Origin: Squalus acanthias
Lineage: Eukaryota
NCBI GenBank assembly: GCA_030390025.1
Contig: CM059442.1
Coordinates: 27,032,001 to 27,096,000 of the forward strand
DNA: 64,000 bases
Direction: 5' to 3'
The notes beneath the pieces were generated by a model. It was not told the DNA's origin. It saw only the letters and a list, made by a program, of their open reading frames with translations, and did not search any database. Positions 1 through 13,418 of the stretch are shown here, one piece after another. The stretch's first letter is position 1. Each line of letters starts with the position of its first letter. The translations under genes and the position numbers were made by a program.

Positions 1-88
1 AGAGCAAGTATGTCTTTTCTTAAGTATGGACACCAAAACTGTATGCAGTATTCCAGATGCGGTCTCACCAATACCTTATATAACTGCA
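1..88 (-). mobile_element. CR1 LINE fragment (ORF2 C-terminal region)
   Basis: Minus strand encodes an [26 protein letters not shown]-like segment, matching the intact CR1 ORF2 at 53718-56579. Confidence 0.7.
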
Positions 89-361
89 GGTCGTATAAAC
101 TCTGCCAGTCAAGGCCTATACAGACATTCCGCAGTCACTGGATAATAGTTTGTCTGTTGCTGTGGTGCTATGGAATCCAGTCTTCAAGTGCTTATTCATT
201 ATACAAATACAGAATTAATGCTGCTGCAGTGTTCCAAACCAATGCTGATTATATTCTAATTTTAAATCTGGTGTCCTTTTGCAATATTAAATAACCTGCT
301 CTTAGCAGGTGTACCTGAACTAAAAAAGGTCAATAACATTTTGGGTGTTATAAATAGAGAC

Positions 362-735
362 ATCGGTGGAGAAATGCAACTCATGGCCGCCCATTTTTCC
401 AGGTTAAAATCGGCAAAGACCTCTGAAATTCACATTGATCTGCCTCGCCCAAATTGTGCCGGGAGCGCACTGGTTGCCATATTGGCTCAGGTGACTTTTA
501 GTCTTCCAGGGTGCCCACCTGAAACAGGCCTAGGCTCCTTAAATATGCAAATTGGAGTCCTGCCGGTTGTAGGACCCCCAAATGTGAAATTCAGGTACAA
601 GTGGGCAGAACTTGCTCCACACATGCTCTGCCTAGTTGTACCAGACGTTGAACGGCCTAACCAACGATCCTTAAAGGGACCGCTGGAGGTCATTCCACAA
701 ATGACCCAGGAGAGGTCCAGGAAGAAGGGAAAAGC
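362..735. mobile_element. Probable degenerate Harbinger-type non-autonomous element
   Basis: GC-richer block whose composition and motifs resemble the other MITEs here; no clear TIR pair. Confidence 0.3.
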
Positions 736-744
736 TGGACTTGT

Positions 745-1772
745 GATGATGCTCGTGGTTGTCAGGGGCCACTCATCATAACCCCAGGACGTCACTGTAA
801 GAGTTCCTGAGGGAAGTGTCCTTGATCTAACCTTCTTCAGCTGCTTCATCAATGACATTCCCTCTGTCAGAACATCAGGAGTGGGGCTGTTCGCTGATGA
901 TTCCACAGTGTTCAGCTCCATTCACAACTCCTCCAATAATGAATCAGCCCAATGCCAGCATACAGCAGGACCTGGATAACATCCAGACCTGGGTTGACAA
1001 GTGGTCAAGTAACATTTGCGCCACATAAGTGTCAGGTAATGACCATTCAAACAAGAGAAAGTCCACCCATCTCTCTTTGACCTTCAATGCTACCACCATT
1101 GCTGAGTCCCCCACCATCAACATGTTGGTTTTCACCATTGACCAGAAGCTGAACTGAACCAGTCATATCTACACCTTGGTTACAAGAGCAAGGCAAAGGC
1201 TGAGCATTCTGTGACAAGTGGCCCACCTCTTGACCCCTCAATGTTTCTCCACCATCTACAAGGCTTGTCAGGAGTGTGATAGAATACTCACCACTTGCCT
1301 GGATAGGTGCAGCCACATTAACTCCCAAAAGCTTGAAACTATCTAGGAAAAAGCAGTTCACTTGATTGGTGTCCCTGCTACTCGACTAAGTATCCATCCC
1401 TTTCAACAATGGCACACCCTGTATGGCAGTATGTACAATCTACAAGATACACAGCAGCAACTAACCAAGGTAACTTTGACATCACTTCCTTCCTCTGCGA
1501 CCTCTGATCACTGAGAAGGACAAGGGAAGCAATGTCTTGGGAACACCATCATTTCCAAAAGCCCCTTCCATGTTGGACATGAAACTTGGACATATATTGA
1601 TGTTCCTGCATCATCGCTGGGCCAATATTCTAGAATTTCCTACCTAAAACCATTGCTAGAGCACCATCACCACAGGGCTGCAGCTAGTCACGGAGAAGGC
1701 TCACCACCTTCTCAGGGAAATTGGGGATGGGCAATAAATATGGTCTTACCAGTATTGCCCACATCCCAAGAG
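745..1772 (+). mobile_element. LINE family B (CR1/L2/Jockey group), 5'-truncated RT plus 3' tail
   Basis: Degenerate VPEGSVL..FSCFINDIP..GLFADD RT motifs; 3' tail GGGATGGGCAATAAAT..GCCCACATCCC shared with copies at 15255, 26095 and 50870. Confidence 0.85.
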
Positions 1773-3569
1773 CAGCTGATCGCAGTATCAATGTATTAGT
1801 CCAGGGCTCAGTTGACTCACTAAAATCTTTCTAACAGTCTCAGTCAGTTGATGTATCTAAGATAATGCCAACATCAAATGCAGCAGACTTCAGCGGGGCA
1901 CAAACTGGTCTTTAGCACCATCTCCTCAGGGAGTAAAGAAACCGCAGCAACAGCAGGGATGAACAAAGAGATACAAAAGATAAAATACTGAGAGAGGGAA
2001 TTATTGTGAAACAAAGGGAGAGAAAAATACTGAAAAGAAAATTAATGAGGAGTAGAGAAAAAAAATGAAGTGCTGAATAAACATCAAGAGAGAAAATACT
2101 GAGAAAGATATGTAAATAAGTCTAGAAAAATAAATAGCACGACAAAAATAAATACAGGAAAACAGAATTTATTTCTTATTGAGAAACTGGCAGAATGAGC
2201 TGTGAGAGAGGAACACAAATGAATAATGGTAAAACAGAACAGAAGGGAGAGGCAGTAACTTTCTTTTTGCAGCCTTACCTGTGTCACTATCCATAGCTAG
2301 AGGAGTATGAGAGGCTATAAGAATATTTTGGTGGAGCCTGGTCTGAAAATGTTTAAGAAGCACTGGTATGGTCAACGATGACCGTGATCTGCTCATGTGC
2401 AGGAGTTGGTCTCCAATAACCAAACTCCCAGCTTTATTTATTTCAATAGCACAGTGGTCAACAGAATAAGGAGAAAAGAGAAACAGAATGTTGGAGGAAG
2501 GGAAAGAGGGAACAGAAAAAGTGCCGAGATCCTCTGGGAGAGGAGAGAGAGAGAGACCAAGACTGTGGTGGGGAAGGGGAAAAAGAGAAAGCAAGACCAT
2601 ATTGAGCAGGGGTGAGAAACGAAAGGGAGACAGCTACCCTGTCGTGAGATGCTGGAGAGAGAATCTGCTGAGTGGGAAAGGTTTTACTGAAGAGAGGTAG
2701 AGAAACCGGTTGAGGTGATAATGGGAAACTAGAGAGTGAGTCTACTGTGGGGAGGCTCTCTGCCTCTGTTGGAAACAGTAGGCATGGTTGCTCTCAGCCC
2801 TAATGGGCCTATATTATCTGCTCTGACTCACCTTGAGCAAAGTCACGGGAGATCCACTACAGAATTACATATTTTTCATTATAAATACTATTACATGTGA
2901 TAAATTATTTAAATCACTAAAGGTGTATTATCTAGTAAAATTAGTTATAAATCTTTAAAATTACATCACGTTTCAAACTATTCATTACAATTATTGAGAT
3001 CAGAATATTAAATATTTAATCTTCTTAATAAGTTTGCAATTGGTCAAAAAATCTCCCCTTTCTTCCTGGGAACAAAGTCCCAATCCACCAGATCCCAATC
3101 CAGAGCCCCAGTCATTCAGCTCAAAAGATCTCTCATTCCTACACCAAACGTACATCTGATGTGTGCTATTATTCCATACTTTGATTTATCCGACTTTAGA
3201 ATGATTGATACCTGTTTTTAAAGCATATTTCTAGAATGAACTGCTGAAAACTATATTAATTAACAATCACAGCACAAGCACATCATGAAACATACAAACG
3301 ATTGTGACAGGAGTACTCAGCTAGGAGACTGAAATTACTCTGTTAGAGGAAAATGGAAGAATGTCATTTTTTTCTCCATAACTAATAATCCATTAACCCC
3401 ATTTTTGGAGCATATGGCTTTGTAAAGCATAATTTCTAAGTCATACAATGTTGTTAGCTGGTCACTGATAAGGTAGTAAAACAGGCATTCTCCTCTTTGC
3501 CTCTGAAGAGGTATTTCACCCCCAACTAGGTACTGAATACAGCATACAAGCCTCCTTTATTCAGAGGCA

Positions 3570-3690
3570 TCTGGGTACTGCGGTGTGTTACCACTATGTA
3601 TTCACCTCTAGGACCTGGGTTCATTGCAAGCTCAGATTGATGAGATGAGAATCTCTCTCTGCTGGCTGTAAGGGTCTAACATGAAATAAG
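3570..3690 (+). mobile_element. LF-SINE-like element, 5' part
   Basis: TTCACCTCTAGGACCTGGGTTCA..CTCAG and CTGCTGGCTGTAAGGGTC..ATGAAATAAG resemble the recalled LF-SINE 5' region and the copy at 46395. Confidence 0.55.
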
Positions 3691-3830
3691 ATTCTGGAGA
3701 TTAGAAGAATGAGAGGTGATCTCATTGAAACGTTTAAAATTCTTAGAGGGCTTGACAGGGTAGATGCTGATTGGCTGTTGCCCCTGGCTGGAGAGTCTAG
3801 AACCAGGGGGTCACAGTCTCAGGATAAGGA
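3691..3830 (+). mobile_element. CR1 fragment
   Basis: [27 protein letters not shown], a CR1 ORF2 C-terminal motif. Confidence 0.85.
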
Positions 3831-4884
3831 GACATTATTTAACATGATCACTACAAAAAAGCAGGTTGCTGCCAATATCAGATCTGCAGGTTATATAAAT
3901 AGCATGCACATCAGGCCCTTACTGTGCTTTCTATGTATGCCATCCCTCTGGTGTGCTGTGTGAAACCGGTTTTAATAAAACTTTTTTTAAATTTTAGTTT
4001 TGATTAAAAAAAAAGTAGTCAGGACCTACAGGGTGCAACTGGTCTGTACCTGCTGGAGGGGATGAAATCCCAATGCTGGTCACATTCTCCTGTGGAGTGC
4101 GGTGCTTTCATCTTCAATGGTCCTCTTGTGTTTGAGGGCTATCTTTGGCTGCTTGTTTCAACGTGTGGATCAGCCATTGTTTTTTGTTAACTGTCAGTTT
4201 TGATCTTTTGAAGAGGAGAGAGAAAGCACTTTCTTTTCTTTGTGTAGCTCATTTTAGAATATAAATGCCATTGCAGAATGGCCTCTCCGGCTAGTTGAAT
4301 AAATGTTAAATATAAATAAATATCTGTAATTATTTCCAGCACTGAACTATAACTTCAGTAATAAGATATTATTAGGCAGAGAGGTTTTTTTTCCCCTTTA
4401 CATTCTTTTTCCTTTCAGGATTTTTCTTTCGAAAATGTTTTGGTCTCTGTTTTTACAGGTTGGTGAGGATTTCATTCATTTTCCACGCCAAAGGACTCTG
4501 ACACGAATATGTGAATCTCACCCGCTCCCTGTTGATTTTGGAGTGTTGTGTTCTGTGCTGACATGGTTGTGCATTGATTGGATAAACGTCTGTTGTCATA
4601 GACCTGATTATACAAAGTGTGCTCTATCATGCATTGGGTGTGAATGCCTTGTGCATGTGGTTAATAAGTCGATTGCATGGGTTTAAAGAATATCAAGCTA
4701 GCATTTTCCATATTTGGTTTAGAATTTTTTTTTTAAAAATCATATTAAACTGGTGGTATAACACTGGAGGAGAATACCAGAGATGTAGTACGAAAATATT
4801 TAATTTCAGTTGTGTCTTTGAATCTGCTCTGGACAGTGTTCAGTATGGAAGAAGCTGCAGCCCCTTTATGCGATAGCTAACTAA

Positions 4885-5385
4885 AGAAAGAACTTGCATT
4901 TATATCCGTCTTTCCGATGAGATGTTAAACCGAGGCCCCGTCTGCTCTCTCAGGTGGATGTAAAAGATCCCATGGCACTATTTCAAAGAAGAGCAGGGGA
5001 GTTATCCCCGGTGTCCTGGCCAATATTTATCCCTCAATCAGCATCACTAAAAACAGATGATCTGGTCATTATCACATTGCTGTTTGTGGGAGCTTGCTGT
5101 GCGCAAATTGGCTGCCGTGTTTCCTACATTACAACAGTGACTACACTCCAAAAGTACTTCAGTGGCGCTATATAAATGCAAGTCATTCTTTCGCGCTTTC
5201 TCTTTCTTTCTTTCTTTATCCCAAACCACTTTGCAACCATTGGATTATTTTTGAAGTGCAGTCATTTTGGTTATTTACACAAACGCACCAGTCAATTAGT
5301 AAAATCCCACCAACAACGAATTAGATAAATAATGACGTAATCAGCTTTTGGTGGTGTTAGTTGAGGGAGGAATGCGAGCCCAACT
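4885..5385. mobile_element. Younger + strand Deu-domain SINE (about 4905-5190) nested in an older - strand copy
   Basis: Deu core GATGAGATGTTAAACCGAGG..TAAAAGATCCCATGGCAC and tail GCGCTATATAAATGCAAG; an inverted tail at 4885-4904 and a degenerate minus-strand body at 5225-5385 flank it. Confidence 0.8.
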
Positions 5386-5834
5386 GAAGGCCGGCGTCGA
5401 TTAACCGTTCAAATCCAGGTGTTGGGCCTGACATACAAGCTTCTGACACAGAGGCATGAATGTTACCAAGAATGTTACAGCCAGATGCCATTTTCACATC
5501 ACAGTTTCTGGGATTTCCATCCATTGATAAATATATTAACCATAAGACATATAGTAACCTCCTAATAGCTGGCATCATGAAAAACATTCAAAATGCCTTT
5601 AAAAGATATCTACTTAAGAAATAGACCATTGCAATTGTGGTCATAAATCAGAATAGTATTTTATAATCTACATCACCGAGCAATTCTTTTCTTATTTGAA
5701 ATGCAGTAACTTTTTGTTACCTCATAGTAATCAGTCTAAGAATTAAAGGTAATTGGGATAACGTTTGCTAAAGCACTACTACACTGCATCACAGAGTGGT
5801 AAACGGAGGGATTCACACCTGCAGTCGATGCAGT

Positions 5835-6585
5835 GGCCCGGAATTTGTGGTCAGCGGCGAAGCAAAGGCGTTCGCTGCTGGCCCCGAAGAAAGCTTCCCG
5901 CAAAGATCTCGCGGTCTCTGTGGCTTTCTCCACGTGCAGTCGAAATCGACGCACTGGAGTGGGAATTCCATAGCGCGAATTGCTGTGACTGTGCTGTGAC
6001 ATCAACAATCACAATGTCGAATTCCCACAGACGGGAAACCAGGAAGTGAAGAGGTGTTTTTATTCTGACTTTTTAAAAAGTTAGAGAGAGCAAAACAAGG
6101 ATTGGGGCTCTCACATGGGGAAAAGGTAAACCTGAATTAAATATGAACAAACTTCAAAAAATATCATTTTTTTTAAACTTTCTTAAAAATTGTAATTTTA
6201 ATCATAATGGAGAAATCTGACACTCCACAAAATTAAAATTAGTTATTCAGGGCCATAACAGTTGTTTAGCAGTCAATACGCTGTTAAAACCCCAGTTACA
6301 CCTAATCCAACAAGGGCTACTATTTAATGGGGTATTCAACAGTGATATTAGCGCGGAAAAGCCCAAGTTTTCATCAGTTTCACTGATTTCGCTGATTGCC
6401 GGCTATTGGGGGAGGGGGGCGCCACAGCGCAGCCAGTGTCGAAACAGTGAATGACTGACTGCAGCTTTGGGATTTCCGCGTTAGGGTGCGCATGCGCTAC
6501 ATCCTGAAGTGGCAGTCAGCTTCAAAGAGGTAATAACAACAAACGCTGTACGTTCACTGTTATTACCCACCGCAGCTTCCAGGCC
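5835..6585. mobile_element. Harbinger/PIF-type MITE
   Basis: TIRs GGCCCGGAATTTGTGG / CCGCAGCTTCCAGGCC; flanking trinucleotides AGT/ATT; interior related to the elements at 22309 and 60320. Confidence 0.75.
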
Positions 6586-7007
6586 ATTGAATTTTCAATC
6601 TTAGCTGGGAAAGCATTTCATAACAGAAGAGGAAAATCGGAGAGTGTTAAAACCTACTAGGCTGCTCCAAACAAGGGCCTGGGAGCTGGTGATATGGTCA
6701 GTCTCTCAGCCAGTCTCTCACCACACAAGGACTTAAAAGAACATGTTTGTTAAAGAGCAAAAAATTGTAATTAATTTTAGAATGTAAATGTCATTGCAGA
6801 AGCTGCCTCCCTAATTGGTTGGATATATCATGGTAAACATTAATAAATATTTGTCCCACAACATGTCCTTTTAAGTCCTTGCAAGAGCTGAAGCATTTAT
6901 ACTTTAGTAATAAAATGTTATTGAGCAAATAGCTATTTTTAACTTAATCTGCTTGTCTCTTTATCTTTATGATGTATTAATTACATTTGTCTTAGCTAGC
7001 ACTATTT

Positions 7008-9450
7008 ATCATAGAATTATACAATCATAGAAGTTCACAGCACAGAAGGAGACCATTCGGCCCATCGTGTCTGTGCCGGCTGACAAAGAGCAATCCGGCC
7101 TAATCCCACTCTCCAGCTCTTGCTCGTAGCCTTCAAGTGAATATCCAAGTACTTTTTAAATGCGATGAGGATTTCTGCCTCTACCACCCTTTCAGGCAGT
7201 GAGTTCCAAATCCCCACCACCCTCTGAGTGAAATAATTTCTTCTCAACTCCCCTCTAATCCTTCTACAATTACTTTAAATCTATGCCCCCTGATTATTGA
7301 CCTCTCTGCTAAAGGAAATAGGTCCTTCCTATCCACTCACTCTAGGCCCCTCATAATTTTATACTCCTCAATTAAATCTCCCCTCAGCTTCCTCTATTCC
7401 AAAGAAAACAACCCCAGCCTATCCAATCTTCCTCATAGCTAAAATTCTCCAGTCCTGGTAACATCCTCGTAAATCTCCTCGGTACCTCGCTAGTGCAATT
7501 ACATCTTTCCTGTAATGTGGTGACCAGAACTGTACGCAGTACTCTAGCTGTGGCCTAACTAGTGTTTTATACAGTTCTAGCATAACCTCTCTGCTCTTAT
7601 ATTCTGTGCCTCGGCAAATAAAGGAAAGTATCCCGTATGCTTTCATAACCACCTTATCTACCTGTCCTGCTACCTTCAGGGGTCTGTAGACATGCACACC
7701 AAGGTCCCTCTGCTCCTCTACACTTCTCAGTATCCTACCATTTATTGTGTATTCCCTTGCCTCGTTAGCCCTCCCCAAATGCATTACCTCACACTTCTCC
7801 AGATTGACTTCCATTTGCCACTTTTCTGCCCACCTGACCAGTCCATTGATATCTTCCTGCAGTCTATAGCTTTCTTCCTCACTATCAACCACACGGCCAA
7901 TTTTTGTATTATCTGCAAACTTCTTAATCATGCCCCCTACATTCAAGTCTAAATCATTGATATATGCCACAAAAAGGAAGGGACCTAGTACTGAGCCCTG
8001 AGGAAACAGCCTTTCAGTCACAAAAACACCCATCGACCATTACCCTTTGCTTCCTGCCACTGAACCAATTTTTGATCCAACTTGCCACGTTCTCTTGGAT
8101 CCCATAGGCTTTTATTTTTCTGACCAGTCTGCCAAGTGGGACCTTGTCAAAAGCCTTGCTAAAATCCATGTAGACTGCATCAAATACTCTACCCTCATCG
8201 ACGCTCCTTGTTACCTCCTCAAAAAATTCAATCAAGTTAGTCAGACACGACCTTCCCTTAACAAATCCATGCTGACTGTCCTTGATTAATCCGTGCCTTT
8301 CTAAATAACGATTAATACTGTCCCTCAGAATTATTTCCAATAATTTGCCCACCACTGAGGTTAGTCTGACTGGCCTGTAATTACGCGGTCTACCCCTTTC
8401 TCCCTTTTTAAACAACGGTACCACATTAGCAGTTCTCCGGCACCACACCTGTAGCCAGAGAGGATTGGAAAATGATGGTCAGAGCCTCCGCTATTTGCTC
8501 CCTTGCTTCTCTTAATAGCCTGGGATACATTTCATCCGGGCCTGCCAATTATCTACTTTCAAAGATGCTAAGCCCCTTAATATTTCCTCTCTCTCTATGT
8601 TTATCTCATCTAATATTTCACACTCCTCCTCAACTACAATGTCTGCATCGTCCCCCTTTTTTGTGAAGACATACATAAAGTATTCATTAAGAACCGTACC
8701 CACGTCTTCCGCCTCCACACGCAAGCTTCCTTTTTGGTCTCTAATAGGCCCTACTCTTTCTTTAGTTATCCTCTTGCTCTTTATGTATTTATAAAACATC
8801 TTTGGGTTTTCCTTGATTTTACTTCCGAATATTTTTTCATGCCCCCTCTTTGCTTTCCTAATTTCCTTTTTAATTTCCCCCCTGCACTTTCTATACTCCT
8901 CTAGACTTTCTGCAGTATTTAGCTCTCGGTATCGGACATAAGCTTCCCTTTTTTTCCTTATCCTACACTGTATGCTCCTTGACATCCAGGGTCTCTAGAT
9001 TTGGGTGTCCCACCTTTTTTCTTTGTGGGAACATATCGGCTCTGAACCCTCACTGTCTCCCACTGCTCTGACACTGATTTACCTTGAAGTAGCTGTTTCC
9101 AGTCCACTTTTGCTAAATCACATCTCAGCTTAGTAAAATTGGCCTTTCCTCAATCGAGAATTTTTACTCCTGGTCTATCTTTGTCCTTTTCCATAACTAC
9201 CCTAAATCTAACTGAATTATGATCACTACCACCAATGTGCTCTCCCACTGATACCCCTTCCATCCGCCCAGCTTCATTCCCTAAAACTAAGTCCAGAACC
9301 GCCCCCTCTCTCGTTGGGCTTGCTACGGTCTGGCTAAAAAAAATGTTCTCCTGAATGCATTTTAAGAATTCTGCGCCCGCTATACCTTTTACACTGATTC
9401 TATCCCAGTTAATGATAGGGTAGTTGAAATCCCCGACTGTTACTGCCCAT
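7008..9450 (-). mobile_element. Degenerate CR1 LINE (part of APE, RT, 3' UTR)
   Basis: Frameshifted pieces [47 protein letters not shown]; TTCTATGAT-type tail near 7010-7030. Confidence 0.95.
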
Positions 9451-10199
9451 TCTGGAGGAGGCAAACCAATTACCACGAAATAGATAGGTGGATGAACAAA
9501 CACGAAATTCAAATTAACATTTTATAAGGAGGGTGAACGATCCCAAAAAAAAGTGAGAAATTCTAATAAAACTGCAAAAAGGGCTTGCTTAAATAATATA
9601 TTAGCATCTTAAACAAAAGAAGCTTATTTTTAATGGCAGTTTTGAAGAAGGAACAAGAGGGGGCAGCATTGTTTAACTAGGCTTGCTGCAGTGCAGATTT
9701 TATATAAAATAATGAAAGGCATTCGATCCCCACGGACTCCGAGTTGCATTAAGATATATTATAAGCAACAACATTTATTTTTCCAACTTGCGCAGTTTTG
9801 TTTACAAAATGGAATGTGAACCGTCCGTTACCGCTAAAGATTGATTGTGGGGTGTAATCATTAATAATAGTGTCGTTTTGTTCACAAGACAGCTACAATT
9901 GCTTTCCTGATACTGAACGCAAGGTCTGTGGCTGCTTAAGGACGGTGATAGCATTTTTTTTTTGAGATGTAACATAAACGCACGGACCTTTCTCGGTCAT
10001 TTCCGAATGCGTTGTGTAAATATACAGGCTCCATTCTGGCAGTTCTTTGTTCACGTTTGGTTTCTCACAGAGCACCGGACGGCGGTGTGAACCTATCATT
10101 TTAGTTTTCGGGTGAGAATGTTATTTTTTTATATTATATATTATTTAGGAGGTGTCGCCACAGAACTGAAACGGGCCGTTTAAAAAAAAAAGTGCTGAA

Positions 10200-10900
10200 A
10201 TTGAAACAATTTGTTGGTGGTGGTTTCGGCCGGTTGATGGTGACACGGGCGGGAGAGAAGAGGAGAGGAGAGGGGGAGAGGGGGGGTGATCAGAGATTTC
10301 GGAGGCAGCGACTGTTTTTGGAATAGTTTGGAAATTGATAAACACGAATGGTGCGCAACGCTTGCAAAAAGGGAATAGTGGGAAAGTTTTGGGGAATGAG
10401 AGCGAGAATGGGCCAGCCTGCTTCAGCCCGTCACATTGTAACAGGACACGCTACAGTGTCGCGCAGCAGCTGAAACTGTTACACACACACACACAGACAC
10501 AGAGACACTTTGAAATTCTGCAAACGAGTTTGGGAATTGCTGGTTCATGTTGTTCGGCAGCCATTTCTCCCCCCGCCAACATTGAAGTTGGTCTCTTGCT
10601 CCAGTTGGCCGGTCCTGGTGCAGGACGTGCGATTTGTCAGTTTCACATGGCAGTGTGGTTGACGTCAGGGGTGTAATTGCAAGAGGGAGCAGCGAGCGCT
10701 GGCTGCATTCACCGACTGGAGGGGCCCCGCACCAGCACCGCCCAGCCCAGCTTCTCCCGCACCCGAGCGGCGGGGCTCACACCAGGTCACCCCGGGAGGA
10801 TCAGCCCGCACCACCGAGCGCAGCGCAGCGAGCGACTTGTTTCAATCTCTGCACCGCACTTTTTAACATCGGAGTCCCCGTGAAATCTGGATTGCTTGAG
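10200..10900 (+). promoter_or_regulatory. GPRC5B: CpG-rich promoter and probable non-coding exon 1 of GPRC5B, donor after 10900
   Basis: High CpG density at about 10000-12000 in non-repeat sequence; donor TTGAG|GTGCGT at 10900/10901; after splicing to 19683 an in-frame TGA (10881-10883) precedes the ATG at 19699; the transcription start cannot be determined. Confidence 0.6.
10660..10667. promoter_or_regulatory. Full palindromic cAMP response element (TGACGTCA)
   Basis: Exact TGACGTCA inside the CpG island, about 240 bp upstream of the exon 1 donor. Confidence 0.55.
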
Positions 10901-11545
10901 GTGCGTTCTTGTAGGGGTGGGTGGAGGTGGGGGGTTTGCGGGCAAATTGGGTTGTTCTTTTGTTGGTTTTTTTTTTGTTGCATTTAAAACTGTTTTTTGG
11001 AAGAAACTATTAACCCGATACTGTGCGGTTTTTTTTGTGGTATGAAAGAACCGATGTGCGCGCACTGACTGGGAAACTTGCAGGCGCCCGCTGTAGAAAT
11101 GGAAGATTTTAAATGGGGGGGGGGGGGGGGGTTTGTGCAAAAGCTGTGAAATGCAAAATGTTGAATTAATCGGAGAAATGACAGCAGCAACGTTATAATT
11201 TTCACCCGGATCCCAGCTACTTATTTTTTTGCTTATCGACCGTGGAGATAGCATGTTAGAAGGTATTGGAGTCGATGTTTATAAATTACTATTTTCGCAG
11301 GTTTTTGTGTTTTAACACAATTTCACCTGTTTACAATTTTCAATTCTCGCCGTGTTGACATTTTCACAGCGGCCCCTTGGTGCTGACTAGCGAGGGGCGA
11401 TGTTTAGTCAAATCGAAAATAGTTCGATCTTGTGGGGTGGGTGGGAAACACAATTCCGTCAACACACGAAATGATTCGATGCTGGTGGAAGGAATCGTGT
11501 AAGGTACAGGTGCTGTTTGCCATCGAGCAAGAGTGTAAACCCAAC

Positions 11546-11572
11546 GTGTGTGTGTGTGTGTGTGTGTGTGTG
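11546..11572. repeat. (GT)n microsatellite
   Basis: Seen directly. Confidence 0.95.
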
Positions 11573-12221
11573 GGGATCAGGTTCAATGTTTTGCCCGCTG
11601 TGCGCTCACACATGCAGCAGCGACACGGGCCTTTCACTCGGGTCACACATCACTGGAGCACGGCTGTGGATTCAGTTGCTCTGCCAGCGGCTCACACCGG
11701 GCGCTGATGGCTCCATCAGGCTTGAACTGGACGTCTCCGCTGGACGAGATTGCGCTGTGAAATCTGTGCGCCGGTTGTCTGTCCCACAGTAGTAGGTGCA
11801 CATTTAGCATCTTTCATTCTGCCCAGGGAATGAGATGCCTCATTGTTGAGATATTTGGATCGGGCTTTCAGCTGTCGCGGCTAATTTTACACCGGGGCAG
11901 TTGATCGCGGAGTGACATTGCCTGGCTATCGAGCTGGCAATGATTTCTCGGGTCAATTTCGGATTGAAATATGTTTTTCTCTGGGAAATACCAGAATGAC
12001 GGGCGCTCGCTCAATGTATTTGTTATGGATTTCCTTTTGAAAAAATGTTTACGACCATTCGTTCAGGATATTAATACCACCTTTTAAGATAAATTTTAAT
12101 CGTTTAAATCTCGCATTTCCGATACTATAATGCAGAAAAATGGCGTTAAAAACTGCAGCTTAATGGAATATATTATGATTGTCTCATGTAGTCATTTTTT
12201 AACCCTTTGACTCTGGGTTTT

Positions 12222-12430
12222 CGTAGAATGATACAGCACAGAAGGAGGCCATTCGGCCCATTGTGCCTGTGCCGGCTCTTTGAAAGACCTATCCAATTAG
12301 TCTCATTCCCCTGCTCTTTCCCCGTGGCTTTCAAATTTTTCCTTTTCGAGTATATTCCCTTTCAAAAATAACGATTGAATTATCTTCCACCACCGTTTCA
12401 GGTAGTGCATTCCAGATCATCATAACTGCA
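12222..12430 (-). mobile_element. CR1 3'-end fragment
   Basis: CAGCACAGAAGGAGGCCATTCGGCCCAT, the CR1 3' UTR motif also seen at 7035 and 45910. Confidence 0.85.
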
Positions 12431-12960
12431 TTTTAAACTAACTTTGCTCTGTGTTGGGACAGCTTCAGCCTAGGCCAAAATAGCGAGGGCCCAGAGGCCA
12501 CACTCTTCACCAACCGAGACAAATTGACAATCGCATTCTTTTTATAAGGAAGACTTGTGTAAGAACTGGAATTGTGCTCTTCTGTATTTGATGTTAAGAC
12601 ATGAAAGCTGAGGTGGAACAAACTGAGAAAGATGGATTTATTGTTTTCATTTTTAGTAACAACTGCCGCAGCAAAATGCCCCCATCACATCCCAAGGATC
12701 GACTGTGAGGAAAGCTATTTGTTTGGTTGTTAACTTTTTAACCCCCTCCCCATCAGGATGCACCAGTACTAACGATCTTTTAACATGTCTTTGAGCAGCT
12801 AATGAGCCATTTGACCCCCATAAATTGAAAACTCTCAAGAATCCAGCTGTGAAGTGCGTAGTCCTGATGAAAATATCTCCGTGACGGGACTGAAAAGCCT
12901 ACATTAGTGACAAAGGTCTGCAAGTGCTGGTAAGCACAGTAAATGCAACAAATGTAGCCA

Positions 12961-13408
12961 GTATCAGCCCTGGCTCAGTGGGCAGCACTCTCGCCCGTCA
13001 GGTTGTGGGTTCAAGTCCAGACACTTGAGCGCAAAGGTCTAGGCTGACACTCCAGTGCAGTACTGAGGAGGTGCCGTCTTTTGGATGAGACGTTAAACCG
13101 AGACCCTGTCTGCTCTCTCGGGTGGATGTAAAAGATCCCATGGAACTATTTTGAAGAAGAGCAGGGGGAGTTATCCCCGGTGACCTGGCCAATATTTATC
13201 CTTCAATCAACATCACTAAAAAAAAACGATTATCTGGTCATTATCACATTGCTGTTTGTGGGAGCTTGCTGTGTGCAAATTGGCTGCCGTGTTTCCCACA
13301 TTACAACAGTGACTGCACTTCAAAGAGTACTTCATTGGCTGTAAAGCACATTGGGACTTCCTGAGGACATGAAAAGCGCTATAGAAATGCAAGTCTTTTT
13401 TTCTTTTC
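12961..13408 (+). mobile_element. Full-length tRNA-headed Deu-domain SINE (SacSINE1-like)
   Basis: A box TGGCTCAGTGG, B box GGTTCAAGTCC, Deu core, L2-type tail GCGCTATAGAAATGCAAG. Confidence 0.9.
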
Positions 13409-13418
13409 AATGTGAGTA

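Noticed and set aside
1960-2730. ORFs in the purine-rich tract
   Set aside because: Low-complexity GA-rich sequence gives spurious ORFs with no recognisable protein motifs
10335-11254. Overlapping ORFs in the CpG island as an N-terminal extension or separate gene
   Set aside because: GC-rich, stop-poor sequence, mostly with non-ATG starts; an in-frame TGA at 10881 blocks extension into GPRC5B
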